Under the pieces are notes generated by a model. The model was not told where the DNA came from. It did no database searches and was given only the letters and a program-made list of their open reading frames with translations. This document shows positions 8,397 through 17,137 of a stretch of DNA of 32,000 nt, piece after piece. Origin of the DNA: Nostoc sp. PCC 7120 = FACHB-418 (GTDB lineage Bacteria; Cyanobacteriota; Cyanobacteriia; Cyanobacteriales; Nostocaceae); NCBI RefSeq assembly GCF_000009705.1, contig NC_003272.1, positions 4,980,001 through 5,012,000 on the forward strand, written 5' to 3'. Positions within the stretch are counted from its first letter, which is position 1. Every line of letters starts with the position of its first letter. A program made the position numbers and the translations under genes.

Positions 8397-8972
8397 TTAC
8401 AATAATTTTGCTAAAGCCAATGTAAAACCAGGTACAACATCTTCACCACTCAAGATTGCTGTGGCTGGATATTGGGTAATTGAACCATCTTGGCGATAAA
8501 CTAAAGCTTGCTGATTTTTACTATCAATTAACCACCCCAACTTAACGCCGTTAGCAATATATTCTTCCATCTTGGCTTTGAGTTTTGTCAAGCTGTCATT
8601 TTTGGAGCGAATTCCAATGACAAAATCTGGCGCTAAATTGATAAACTTGTCTTCTTGCTGATCCCAATTTTCTGGTAAGCGTCCTTTTGCCACAAAAGCA
8701 GCATCAGGCGATCGCACAGCAGAATTAGCTAATCTAAAACCAGTACTCGGCCCAAAAACTTCCCCTAAATCCTGACTTTCTACCCAATTAAAAAGATAAG
8801 CGCCTGCTTTTATTTCTCGATTACCAGAAATTCCCCCTGTTGGTGGCATGGTTTCTAAAATTCCATCAGCGTTACGTTCAAACCTCAGTTCTGGGTTTTG
8901 TGAACTCATCAACATTAGTTCTTCATCAGTGACAGCGTATAAAGACTGTACTGTTATTGGTTTGCTGTTCAT
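8397..8972 (-). CDS. Uma2 family (DUF820) protein, second tandem paralogue with an altered core motif
   Basis: SPDAAFV...APDFVIGIRSKND...GVKLGWLID. A Gly occupies the position of the Glu seen in the neighbour (IIEILS vs VIGIRS). Confidence 0.8.
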   Translation of the reverse strand: MNSKPITVQSLYAVTDEELMLMSSQNPELRFERNADGILETMPPTGGISGNREIKAGAYLFNWVESQDLGEVFGPSTGFRLANSAVRSPDAAFVAKGRLPENWDQQEDKFINLAPDFVIGIRSKNDSLTKLKAKMEEYIANGVKLGWLIDSKNQQALVYRQDGSITQYPATAILSGEDVVPGFTLALAKLL

Positions 8973-9023
8973 GATTTTATGACAGGCAGGAGAGACACTT
9001 TCACTTTAGCTTGAGTCCTATGA

Positions 9024-9668
9024 CTATGATTTTTCTACTAAACTGACAGTGGCTCGATAAAGCAGCCTTTTGCCTTGAAGATAGCCAACGTGGGTGACTT
9101 GGACTGTTTCGCCTGGTTGTGCCGTTCCTTGCTTTAATTGGTGCAGTTGAGGATCATAAGGTATTTGTGATCCTACAGGTGCGATCGCCTCTATCCCCCA
9201 CGCCTGCAATAATTTTTCTAAAGGTTTTTCTACTAAAGGCACAATTTTCACAGCCGCTAGTTCGGGGTTCTCCCGCGCTTTCTGGGCTACGGTCGGCCAT
9301 TGCAATAACAAAGGTTCCAGCAGTTGTAAACTCGACTGCTGGAACTCTTGCTGTAATATTTCTCGCTGCTGCTGTAGTTGTAGCTGCGATCGCTCATACT
9401 CTTTTTTTAAATCAGCAATTTCTTGGGAATGCTGAGGTGCTTGGTACTCAATACTTGATTCTAAAAAAGTTGACAATAATTCACTCAAGGGTACTTGCAG
9501 CGCTTTTGATAGCTTCAGCAGAGTATCCAAGCGCATCTGTTCTAGCTTGCCTTGGCGCAGGCGCAGCACTTGATACTCGGAAACGCCAGCTTGACGACTC
9601 AAAGCTTTGAAGCTAGATATGCTTGCCTGTTGCATTAAATTTTGCAACTCTTGCGTGAAATCAGACAT
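9024..9668 (-). CDS. XRE-type HTH domain fused to a GrpE-like coiled-coil and beta domain
   Basis: N-terminus FKALSRQAGVSEYQVLRLRQGK...LSKALQVPLSELL is an HTH. The middle is Q/L-rich coiled coil. The C-terminus WGIEAIAPVGSQIPYDPQLHQ...VTHVGYLQGKRLLYRATVSLV parallels E. coli GrpE FGVEVIAETNVPLDPNVHQ...KGYTLNGRTIRAAMVTV (comparison from memory). Confidence 0.6.
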   Translation of the reverse strand: MSDFTQELQNLMQQASISSFKALSRQAGVSEYQVLRLRQGKLEQMRLDTLLKLSKALQVPLSELLSTFLESSIEYQAPQHSQEIADLKKEYERSQLQLQQQREILQQEFQQSSLQLLEPLLLQWPTVAQKARENPELAAVKIVPLVEKPLEKLLQAWGIEAIAPVGSQIPYDPQLHQLKQGTAQPGETVQVTHVGYLQGKRLLYRATVSLVEKS

Positions 9669-9672
9669 TGGC

Positions 9673-9757
9673 TACTGGGTATGGAAGATTGGGGACTAGT
9701 TACTGGGTACTGGGTAAATTTTTTCTCCCCCTGCACCCTGCACCCTGCCCCCCTGCC
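9673..9757. repeat. STRR-like heptamer block (TACTGGG-type units, then CCCTGCA/CCCTGCC x4)
   Basis: Period-7 tandem units read directly from the sequence, abutting the dps stop. They resemble the STRR1 family (CCCCAGT) described for Anabaena/Nostoc. Confidence 0.6.
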
Positions 9758-9759
9758 TC

Positions 9760-10251
9760 TTATTCTTCCAGTAAACTTCTCAACATCCAAGCAGTTTTTT
9801 CATGTACCTGCATCCGTTGAGTGAGTAAATCGGCGGTGGGTTCGTCGTTGACTTCATCTACCACAGGAAAAATAGAACGTGCTGTTCTCACAACGGCTTC
9901 TTGTCCTTCCACTAGTAAACGAATCATTTCCTTGGCTTTGGGAACCCCTGGAGTTTCGGGAATCGAACTTAGTTTGGCGTACTCGCTGTAAGTTCCTGGT
10001 GCTGGATAACCAAGCGCCCTGATTCTTTCCGCCACTAAGTCTACGGCTAGGGCTAATTCTGTATACTGTGTCTCAAACATCAGGTGCAGGGTTTGGAACA
10101 TCGGCCCTGTAACGTTCCAATGAAAATTATGTGTTTTCAAATAAAGTGTATAGGTGTCAGCTAACAAGCGAGACAATCCTTCGGCGATTTTAGCCCGGTT
10201 GGCTTCGTCAATGCCGATATTTACATTGTTAATTGTTCCTTGAGATGCCAT
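9760..10251 (-). CDS. dps: Dps family DNA-protection/ferritin-like protein
   Basis: [35 protein letters not shown]...[13 protein letters not shown] is the Dps ferroxidase signature. The track start 10263 is a TTG; ATG at 10251 has GGAG 6 nt upstream. Confidence 0.9.
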   Translation of the reverse strand: MASQGTINNVNIGIDEANRAKIAEGLSRLLADTYTLYLKTHNFHWNVTGPMFQTLHLMFETQYTELALAVDLVAERIRALGYPAPGTYSEYAKLSSIPETPGVPKAKEMIRLLVEGQEAVVRTARSIFPVVDEVNDEPTADLLTQRMQVHEKTAWMLRSLLEE

Positions 10252-10281
10252 GTGTGTCTCCAAATTGAGTAATTATTATTA

Positions 10282-10323
10282 ATTGGGGAATTGGGGGTTG
10301 GGAACTGGGGATTAGGGATTAGA
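10282..10323. repeat. STRR-like heptamer block (six degenerate NNTTGGG units)
   Basis: ATTGGGG AATTGGG GGTTGGG AACTGGG GATTAGG GATTAGA, followed by a C-rich CTCCCCTGCC similar to the block on the other side of dps. Confidence 0.6.
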
Positions 10324-10364
10324 TAAATTCTTTCTTCTCCTGCTCCCCTGCCTTTTCCTATTCT

Positions 10365-10628
10365 CTACGCTAAGTGCATCTTCAAAACACTACGTGGAGC
10401 TTTGCGAACTCTAGCTAGAATGGTTTCTTTACCTAAACGTTGGCAGGCTTCATATCTATGGCAACCAGAAAAGCCATAATATTGTCCATCTACTTCTAAA
10501 ACATCTATGGGTTCTTGTTGTCCAATTGCTGCAATCGATTCCATTAGGGCTTGTACTTTATAGGGATCGTTGCCACGGGGCAATGGCCGCCGAATTTGGT
10601 TTAATGGAATTTCTTGTACCCTAACCAT
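10365..10628 (-). CDS. srxA: sulfiredoxin (ParB N-terminal-like fold)
   Basis: EIPLNQIRRPL...DPYKVQALMESI...PIDVLEVDGQYYGFSGCHRYEA contains the FSGCHR active-site motif of sulfiredoxins. The track start is a TTG; the first ATG is at 10628. Confidence 0.75.
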   Translation of the reverse strand: MVRVQEIPLNQIRRPLPRGNDPYKVQALMESIAAIGQQEPIDVLEVDGQYYGFSGCHRYEACQRLGKETILARVRKAPRSVLKMHLA

Positions 10629-10743
10629 GAGGAGTAAACTCAACTAGTTCCTTTTCGTATCTCTATATAAATCATAGTCATTATGACTTCGTTTTGCAAC
10701 TTTTTCTAGAGCAAAACCGGTAAGGGTATTATTTGGAGCGTTC

Positions 10744-12411
10744 ATGCGACAAAACCACCACTTTATAAAGCAATTGCCACAAGCCGAGCGCCAAAGCACA
10801 GAGGGGAAAAATCTGATAGCAGTAAAACATCCGTTCTGGCGTTTTTCTTACACAGTACTGATGACATTCTGTTTATTGGGATTGACAGGCGCATCGGCGA
10901 CTGAAGATAAACTTAAGGATTTAGAACTGAAAATTGGGATTGTACAGCGATTTGGCGAGGAGTCTACAGCTAAACTGCAATTGGAACCGACAACAGGCGA
11001 TCGCTTAAAGCTCAAGTTTGCCGAAGGTAACAAAGAGCGAGTTCTCCTAACGGACAAACCTGTCAAGCTAGAAACAGTGATGCAAGCTTTACCCAAACCA
11101 GCAATTGCAGAGGTTGTGGTTTTAGGTACATATCGCACCTACGAAACGGCGGAATACAGTGCTGAAAATTGGCGTAAGCAAGGAATAGAGGTAGAAATAG
11201 CCCAGCCGGATCGTTGGCAAGTTTGGGCAAAACGGGATGTGTATAATACCCCCTTACTACGTCGCTTGTTATTCCAGAACATCAAAGCCGCAAGTAATAA
11301 TTTGGCTTACATTGACACAAAAGTTTTGCCGAAAGTACCAAAAATAAGTTGGACTGTGAATGGTACGAGCTACACTCCAAACCATGTAGAGGTTAGCACA
11401 GTTAAAAACTTAATTCGGTTGAAAAAAGGCGAAAAATTAAATACTTCTCGACTTTATTCTGGGCGGATTAATTTTCAGCCGAATGCTTATGGTACTTACA
11501 CTCTAGTAAATCAAGTATCATTAGAGACTTATTTACGTGGTGTTGTACCTCATGAAATTGGCACTAATGCCCCAACTGCTGCTGTTGAAGCACAAGCAAT
11601 TTTAGCTCGGACTTATGCTCTAAGAAATTTGCGTAGATTTGCTATAGATAATTATCAATTATGTGCTAATACTCACTGCCAAGTTTATTATGGGTTGGGT
11701 GGTACAGATACTAGGATAGATAAAGCGATCGCCGCAACCAGAGGTATGGTACTTACCTATAACAATGAGCTAATAGATGCTCTTTATTCTTCTACCACTG
11801 GCGGAATTACTGCCTCATTCAGTGATGTTTGGAACGGAGAGGATCGGCCTTACTTACGGCCAGTAGTAGATGCACCTAATAGTGTTTGGGACTTCTCCAA
11901 ACAAAATTTAAAAGACGAAAGGAACTTTCAGAGATTTATTACCTTGCAACAAGGATTTAACGAAAGTAGTTGGGATGTGTTTCGTTGGTATAAAGAAACA
12001 CCTCTTAATGAAATAGTCAAAGACTTGCAAAAGTTTCTCCGGGCAAAAAATAGCCCTTATGCTAAATTCCAAACCATCCAGGCAATGGCCATTACCAATC
12101 GCAGTAAAAGCGGAAGGATACTGGAATTAGCAGTAAAGACAGATATTGGCATTTTTACCCTGCACAAAGATGAAGTGCGTAGTGCCTTTGCTGCGCCAAG
12201 AAGCACGCTTTTTTACATAGTACCCCTTAACAAAGGCAAAGAAGAGTTGTGGGGATACGCTTTTATTGGTGGTGGCTTAGGACACGGAGTTGGCTTAAGT
12301 CAAACTGGCGCTCAAACTTTAGCCAAACTAGGTTGGTCTAGCAACAAAATTCTCCAATTTTATTATCCTGGTACACAACTTCAAAGCCTGAATGAAGAAA
12401 TCAAGTTTTAA
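10744..12411 (+). CDS. SpoIID/LytB domain protein (cell-wall lytic enzyme/amidase enhancer family)
   Basis: N-terminal signal/TM segment. LETYLRGVVPHEIGTNAPTAAVEAQAILARTYAL...YSSTTGG...GHGVGLSQTGA are SpoIID motifs. Confidence 0.85.
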   Translation: MRQNHHFIKQLPQAERQSTEGKNLIAVKHPFWRFSYTVLMTFCLLGLTGASATEDKLKDLELKIGIVQRFGEESTAKLQLEPTTGDRLKLKFAEGNKERVLLTDKPVKLETVMQALPKPAIAEVVVLGTYRTYETAEYSAENWRKQGIEVEIAQPDRWQVWAKRDVYNTPLLRRLLFQNIKAASNNLAYIDTKVLPKVPKISWTVNGTSYTPNHVEVSTVKNLIRLKKGEKLNTSRLYSGRINFQPNAYGTYTLVNQVSLETYLRGVVPHEIGTNAPTAAVEAQAILARTYALRNLRRFAIDNYQLCANTHCQVYYGLGGTDTRIDKAIAATRGMVLTYNNELIDALYSSTTGGITASFSDVWNGEDRPYLRPVVDAPNSVWDFSKQNLKDERNFQRFITLQQGFNESSWDVFRWYKETPLNEIVKDLQKFLRAKNSPYAKFQTIQAMAITNRSKSGRILELAVKTDIGIFTLHKDEVRSAFAAPRSTLFYIVPLNKGKEELWGYAFIGGGLGHGVGLSQTGAQTLAKLGWSSNKILQFYYPGTQLQSLNEEIKF

Positions 12412-12430
12412 TTGGATGTAGACACAGAGT

Positions 12431-12480
12431 GAAAAAACAGAAAGGCTAGGGACTAGTCTGTAGCTGCTAGCCTCTAGCCT
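12431..12480 (-). terminator. petF terminator hairpin (AGGCTAG-N17-CTAGCCT) with a minus-strand U-run
   Basis: 7-bp stem at 12443-12449/12467-12473. The minus strand continues TTCTGTTTTTT. It lies between the convergent SpoIID-like gene and petF, so it may serve both. Confidence 0.55.
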
Positions 12481-12504
12481 CTATTTTCCAAGCTAACTTG
12501 ACTC

Positions 12505-12840
<336 letters not shown>

Positions 12841-13196
12841 TTATGCTAAAGCAAAACTGGGCGGCTATTCTCAGGGGATTAGCCACAGAATTAAATTTAG
12901 TTCAATTCTGATACTACGAGAAAAATCCAAGTATATAACTTGAAATCCACCACGATTAGTAATGAAATTTAGTTAACAGATAACAATAAGTTTTTTTTAT
13001 ACTTTAAGAGCGTTAAACTCACAGTTATTAGAAAAATTTATGGTTTGAATCAAGAATATGATAAAAAAGTTCTGGAGCAGAGACAACCTTCAGTTAGGCG
13101 GGTGCTGCATGAACCTAGCTTTTTTCATAAATGATCATTGATCACTGTGGTTGGTAGCAGGACTGGTGAGGATTATATTAAGAGTCGGAGGCAGCT

Positions 13197-14186
13197 TTGG
13201 CAGAAGCAAAAATACGTGTGGGTATAGTTGGGACTGGGTATGCAGCAAAACTGAGGGCAGAAGCCTTTTTAGAGGATGAGCGATCGCACCTAGTCGCCAT
13301 AGCGGGTAGTAAACTGGAGCGAACCCAGACTTTCGCGCAAGCTTACCAAGCTGAAGTGATAACTGGCTGGCAACAGTTAGTAGAGCGAGAAGATATAGAT
13401 TTAGTGGTAATTTGTACAATTAATCGTGATCATGGTGCGATCGCCCGTGCTGCCCTAACTGCTGGCAAACACGTAATTGTAGAATATCCCTTATCTGTAG
13501 ATTTAACTGAAGCTGAAGAACTGATTGCCTTAGCCAAAACACAGCAAAAATTACTCCACGTCGAACACATTGAACTTTTAGGTGGCTTACATCAAGCTTT
13601 AAAGCAAAATTTAGATAAAGTAGGTCATCTCTTTTACGTGCGCTACAGCACCATCAATCCTCAAAACCCTGCACCCCGAAAGTGGACTTATAACCACGCA
13701 ATGTTTGGTTTTCCCTTAATTGGCGCACTTTCCCGTCTGCATCGTTTGACAGATTTATTTGGTAAAGTCTTTACAGTTAACTGCCATCAACGGTATTGGG
13801 AAATAGAACCAGAATATTACCAGACCTGTTTTTGCATGACTCAACTGTGCTTTACTAGTGGATTATTAGCCCAAGTGATTTACGGTAAAGGTGAAAGTTT
13901 GTGGCAACCAGAACGCAAGTTTGAAGTTCATGGTGACAATGGTGCTTTAATTTTTGACGGGGATACAGGATTTTTCATCCAATCAGGGGAAAGCACACCT
14001 GTAGAATTGGGTACTCGTCGGGGATTATTTGCCAAAGACACAAGTATGGTGTTAGACCATATCTTTGATGGCGCTCCTTTGTACGTCACCCCGGAAGAAA
14101 GCTTGTATACCCTAAGAGTTGCTGATGCTGCTCAAAGAGCCGCACAGATGGGAATAACTATATTTTTGACAGATAAGCTAAATTAA
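13197..14186 (+). CDS. bvdR: biliverdin reductase-like Gfo/Idh/MocA oxidoreductase
   Basis: Rossmann N-terminus VGIVGTGYAA. AGKHVIVEYPLSVDLTEAEELIALAKTQQKLLHVEHIELL closely parallels human BLVRA [40 protein letters not shown] (from memory). TTG start with GGAGG 6 nt upstream. Confidence 0.65.
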   Translation: MAEAKIRVGIVGTGYAAKLRAEAFLEDERSHLVAIAGSKLERTQTFAQAYQAEVITGWQQLVEREDIDLVVICTINRDHGAIARAALTAGKHVIVEYPLSVDLTEAEELIALAKTQQKLLHVEHIELLGGLHQALKQNLDKVGHLFYVRYSTINPQNPAPRKWTYNHAMFGFPLIGALSRLHRLTDLFGKVFTVNCHQRYWEIEPEYYQTCFCMTQLCFTSGLLAQVIYGKGESLWQPERKFEVHGDNGALIFDGDTGFFIQSGESTPVELGTRRGLFAKDTSMVLDHIFDGAPLYVTPEESLYTLRVADAAQRAAQMGITIFLTDKLN

Positions 14187-14191
14187 ATTTC

Positions 14192-14962
14192 ATGAAAACC
14201 GAGTTCATCGTTATCTTATCCCAACGCGAAATAGAAAAAATGCGGCAAGCGGGACGCTTGGCGGCTAAACTTCTGCAACATCTTGAGCCATTGGTGAAGC
14301 CAGGGGTGAGTACTCTGGAACTGAATGATGAAGCTGAACGTTGGACACAAGCACATGGAGCTAAAAGCGCTCCTCTGGGTTATAAGGGTTTCCCCAAGTC
14401 AATTTGTACCAGCGTCAATGAAGTGATCTGTCACGGGATTCCCAACGCCAAGCAGATTCTTAAAGATGGTGACATTATTAACATTGATGTGACACCAATT
14501 GTTGATGGCTACCACGGCGACACATCCAAAACCTTTATTGTGGGCAATGCTGCTCCCAAAATCAAGAAGCTGGTGGAAGTAACGCAGGAGTGCTTACATT
14601 TAGGGATTGCAGAAGTTAAACCAGGAGCAAAGATAGGTGATATCGGCGCAGCAATTCAAGAGTATGCTGAGGCTGAGGGCTTCTCTGTGGTGCGCGACTT
14701 TGTGGGACATGGTATCAGTAATATTTTCCATACAGCACCAGATGTACCTCACTACGGCACACGAGGGAAAGGCAAGCGCCTGCGTCCAGGGATGGTATTT
14801 ACCATTGAGCCAATGATTAATGAAGGGACTTACGAAGTCGAGATGTTAGGTGATGGGTGGACAGCCGTAACACGCGATCGCAAGCTATCAGCCCAGTTTG
14901 AACACACCATCGTAGTTACAGAAGATGGCGTAGAAATTCTTACTTTACCTGAAAGTGAGTAA
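14192..14962 (+). CDS. map: type I methionine aminopeptidase
   Basis: ICHGIP...DIINIDV...GYHGD...VGHGIS...FTIEP...EHT metal-ligand pattern. It starts 5 nt after the bvdR stop. Confidence 0.95.
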   Translation: MKTEFIVILSQREIEKMRQAGRLAAKLLQHLEPLVKPGVSTLELNDEAERWTQAHGAKSAPLGYKGFPKSICTSVNEVICHGIPNAKQILKDGDIINIDVTPIVDGYHGDTSKTFIVGNAAPKIKKLVEVTQECLHLGIAEVKPGAKIGDIGAAIQEYAEAEGFSVVRDFVGHGISNIFHTAPDVPHYGTRGKGKRLRPGMVFTIEPMINEGTYEVEMLGDGWTAVTRDRKLSAQFEHTIVVTEDGVEILTLPESE

Positions 14963-14978
14963 ATAAAGGTTTTTTACT

Positions 14979-15641
14979 ATGCAATCTCCAGAGAAAATAG
15001 ATCCAACATGGGAAGATAGCGTCATTGATAGCTTTATTAGCTTTGTCAGATCATACGATGGCGATTTCACCTGCATTTACAAACTGGCTGATACCGTAAG
15101 TGATGAGTACAGTTTGCAAAAGATAATTGACTTTCTCTCTAGCACCCCTCAGGGAAAACAAGCTTTCCAAAAACGTCCACAATTAGGTGTGGTGGATTTA
15201 CCAAAACTCCATCAATTGCCAACTGACACTTTGGGATATGTCTATGCTGACCAGATGCTGCAAAATAATTTGCAGCCTTTACAGTCCCACGAAATAGACA
15301 ATGATTATCAATTTTTCAAAACGCATATTACCGAGACACACGACCTCTGGCATATAGTTACTGGAGCCGATACCAGCATTTTGGGAGAAATCCAATTAGA
15401 AGCTTTTTATGTGTCGCAATTGTACGCTAGTCGTTTTTGGTTGGCATTACTAGCAAAAAACTTGCTCAAAGCCGTAATTTACGATATAGAGCTTTCCACG
15501 CCATACATGGATGCGATCTCCACAGGCTGGGTAATGGCAAAGCAAGCCAAGCCTTTGTTTGGTCTGGAATGGAATCTATTGTGGGAAAAGCCTCTAGCAG
15601 ATGTGCGTACTTCTTTAAATATTATTCTCCCTGTAAATTAA
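14979..15641 (+). CDS. Coq4 family protein
   Basis: Contains HDLWHIVTGADTSILGE, i.e. the HDxxH-x11-E zinc-ligand motif that defines Coq4. It starts 16 nt after map. Confidence 0.7.
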   Translation: MQSPEKIDPTWEDSVIDSFISFVRSYDGDFTCIYKLADTVSDEYSLQKIIDFLSSTPQGKQAFQKRPQLGVVDLPKLHQLPTDTLGYVYADQMLQNNLQPLQSHEIDNDYQFFKTHITETHDLWHIVTGADTSILGEIQLEAFYVSQLYASRFWLALLAKNLLKAVIYDIELSTPYMDAISTGWVMAKQAKPLFGLEWNLLWEKPLADVRTSLNIILPVN

Positions 15642-16990
15642 CGGCCTAGCAGGTTAGGAATACCCTCACAGCCACCGGGAATTGTAGCTCTGGTTTTTTC
15701 CCCACCCCAAGCACAGCAATAATAACGATTAGCTTCTGACATTCTTTGTACATTGCTGAAATCAGCATTTTCCACCACAGCACCAGTATGTTCGCCTGTT
15801 CTGTAGTCTGGTGGTTCGGTGCGGCTACGGGGTGATGCTTTTTCCACTGAGCCATAAAATAGACGAACCCCATTGAAGTCAGCACCAGTAAGGTCAGCAT
15901 CATAGAGAATAGTTCGGGAAAGATTGGCTTTGACCAAATCACAACCGCTTAGATTCGCACGCACAAGATTGGCTTCACTGAGGTCTGTCCAACGTAAATC
16001 TGTTTGAGACAAGTCAGACCCCGCCAACATCACACCTAAATCGATGACCCGCACCCCTTCTAGACGGTCTTCAGCGTAACCCCCAACACCATTGAGAATT
16101 GCTCTACCCAAACGGCGATCGCGTTTTAGAGGTGTGAGTAACTTAGAACGGGAGAGGAAACGGAGAATTTTGGCTTTACCACTACCATCAACACTACTAA
16201 AAATAGCAGCCGTGCGCCCTTCGGCGATCGCTCTTTCTTGCGGCCAATCTTCTAGTAATCCCTCTTCATCTAAAACCAAATCGGAAACGCCTTGGAAATA
16301 GGAATCGATAGTTTGTTGCTGGGTGATGATATTTTGCTGGACAGTTAACAAGTTTTGTTGAATTGTCAAGTCCTTAGAAATGACGTATTGTCGCCACGCC
16401 ACGTAAACCGCAATGATGGCGATCGCAATTTGCCCCAAAGCACCAAACCATTCCGCCAGAGTACCAGAAGCTTCCCAGTTAACTTTTCGTCCCCACTGTA
16501 GCAGGCGATCGCCCACACCACTAAACCTCAAGCAGCCAACGAACGCTACTATTAGCCCTAAAAAAGCCACAAACAAATTTTTATCTTGGGATGTAAACCA
16601 CACATCAATTACATACAATGCCCAAGGCAAAAGCATCGCTAAAGATAGCAGCAATGTCAGCAGCGTACCCACGACACCAATAATCCAGCTATTTAGTGCA
16701 ATGCCAGTAATAGTAATGGCCATTCCCACTACAGTAATCAACAACGCCCTTGGTTTGACTATAACTGGAGGTTGAGGACGTGGCTGAAAACCAGAACGGG
16801 CTTGTTTCAATATGGCTGTGTTTTGCGGTGATTGTAAGGAAGAAATAGCAGCTAGAGCTTGTTGTGCTGCTAATGCTTCTGAGGTTAAGTGATTTTCACC
16901 TGCACCACCATCAAAGTCATCCGGTTGCAAGTCGTGTTCAGGTGTAGATTCTGGGGTTGGTGAATTTGAGGAATTGGATTCAATCGTCAT
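15638..16990 (-). CDS. membrane-anchored pentapeptide-repeat protein
   Basis: Disordered N-terminus, about 4 hydrophobic helices and a Q-rich coiled segment. Pentapeptide repeats follow (SDLSQTDLRWTDLSEANLVRANLSGCDLVKANLSRTILYDADLTGADF), then a Cys-rich tail CCAWGG...IPGGC. Confidence 0.85.
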   Translation of the reverse strand: MTIESNSSNSPTPESTPEHDLQPDDFDGGAGENHLTSEALAAQQALAAISSLQSPQNTAILKQARSGFQPRPQPPVIVKPRALLITVVGMAITITGIALNSWIIGVVGTLLTLLLSLAMLLPWALYVIDVWFTSQDKNLFVAFLGLIVAFVGCLRFSGVGDRLLQWGRKVNWEASGTLAEWFGALGQIAIAIIAVYVAWRQYVISKDLTIQQNLLTVQQNIITQQQTIDSYFQGVSDLVLDEEGLLEDWPQERAIAEGRTAAIFSSVDGSGKAKILRFLSRSKLLTPLKRDRRLGRAILNGVGGYAEDRLEGVRVIDLGVMLAGSDLSQTDLRWTDLSEANLVRANLSGCDLVKANLSRTILYDADLTGADFNGVRLFYGSVEKASPRSRTEPPDYRTGEHTGAVVENADFSNVQRMSEANRYYCCAWGGEKTRATIPGGCEGIPNLLGR

Positions 16991-17137
16991 GTTTTCTATT
17001 TTGCCCCAGTAGACTTGATTTCACAAAGGTTGACAGGGCGTAAAACTCACAGCACAACCTGATAAGTATTACACCTAGTGCAAGTAAAACTTGGTTTTAC
17101 TGAACATTCTTTTAACTTAATTGTGAGTTCAACGTCT

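Noticed and set aside
9119-9610. 163-aa plus-strand ORF
   Set aside because: It lies entirely antisense to the HTH-GrpE-like gene. Its low-complexity A/L/V-rich product is what the reverse complement of a Q/L-rich coiled-coil region yields. No SD and no recognisable motif.
9673-10323. Heptamer tandem repeats considered as a possible CRISPR-like or minisatellite array
   Set aside because: The period is 7 nt with no spacers, and there are only 4-6 degenerate units per block. This fits the STRR repeats known from heterocystous cyanobacteria, not CRISPR.
13135-13419. 94-aa minus-strand ORF upstream of and overlapping bvdR
   Set aside because: It overlaps the Rossmann-fold N-terminus of bvdR on the opposite strand. 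It is Leu/Pro-rich and unlikely to be real.
15646-16775. Track ORFs 15646..15942 (-), 16092..16301 (+) and 16413..16775 (+)
   Set aside because: All are embedded in or antisense to the 450-aa pentapeptide-repeat gene, which has clear repeats and TM helices. These are shadow ORFs with odd composition.
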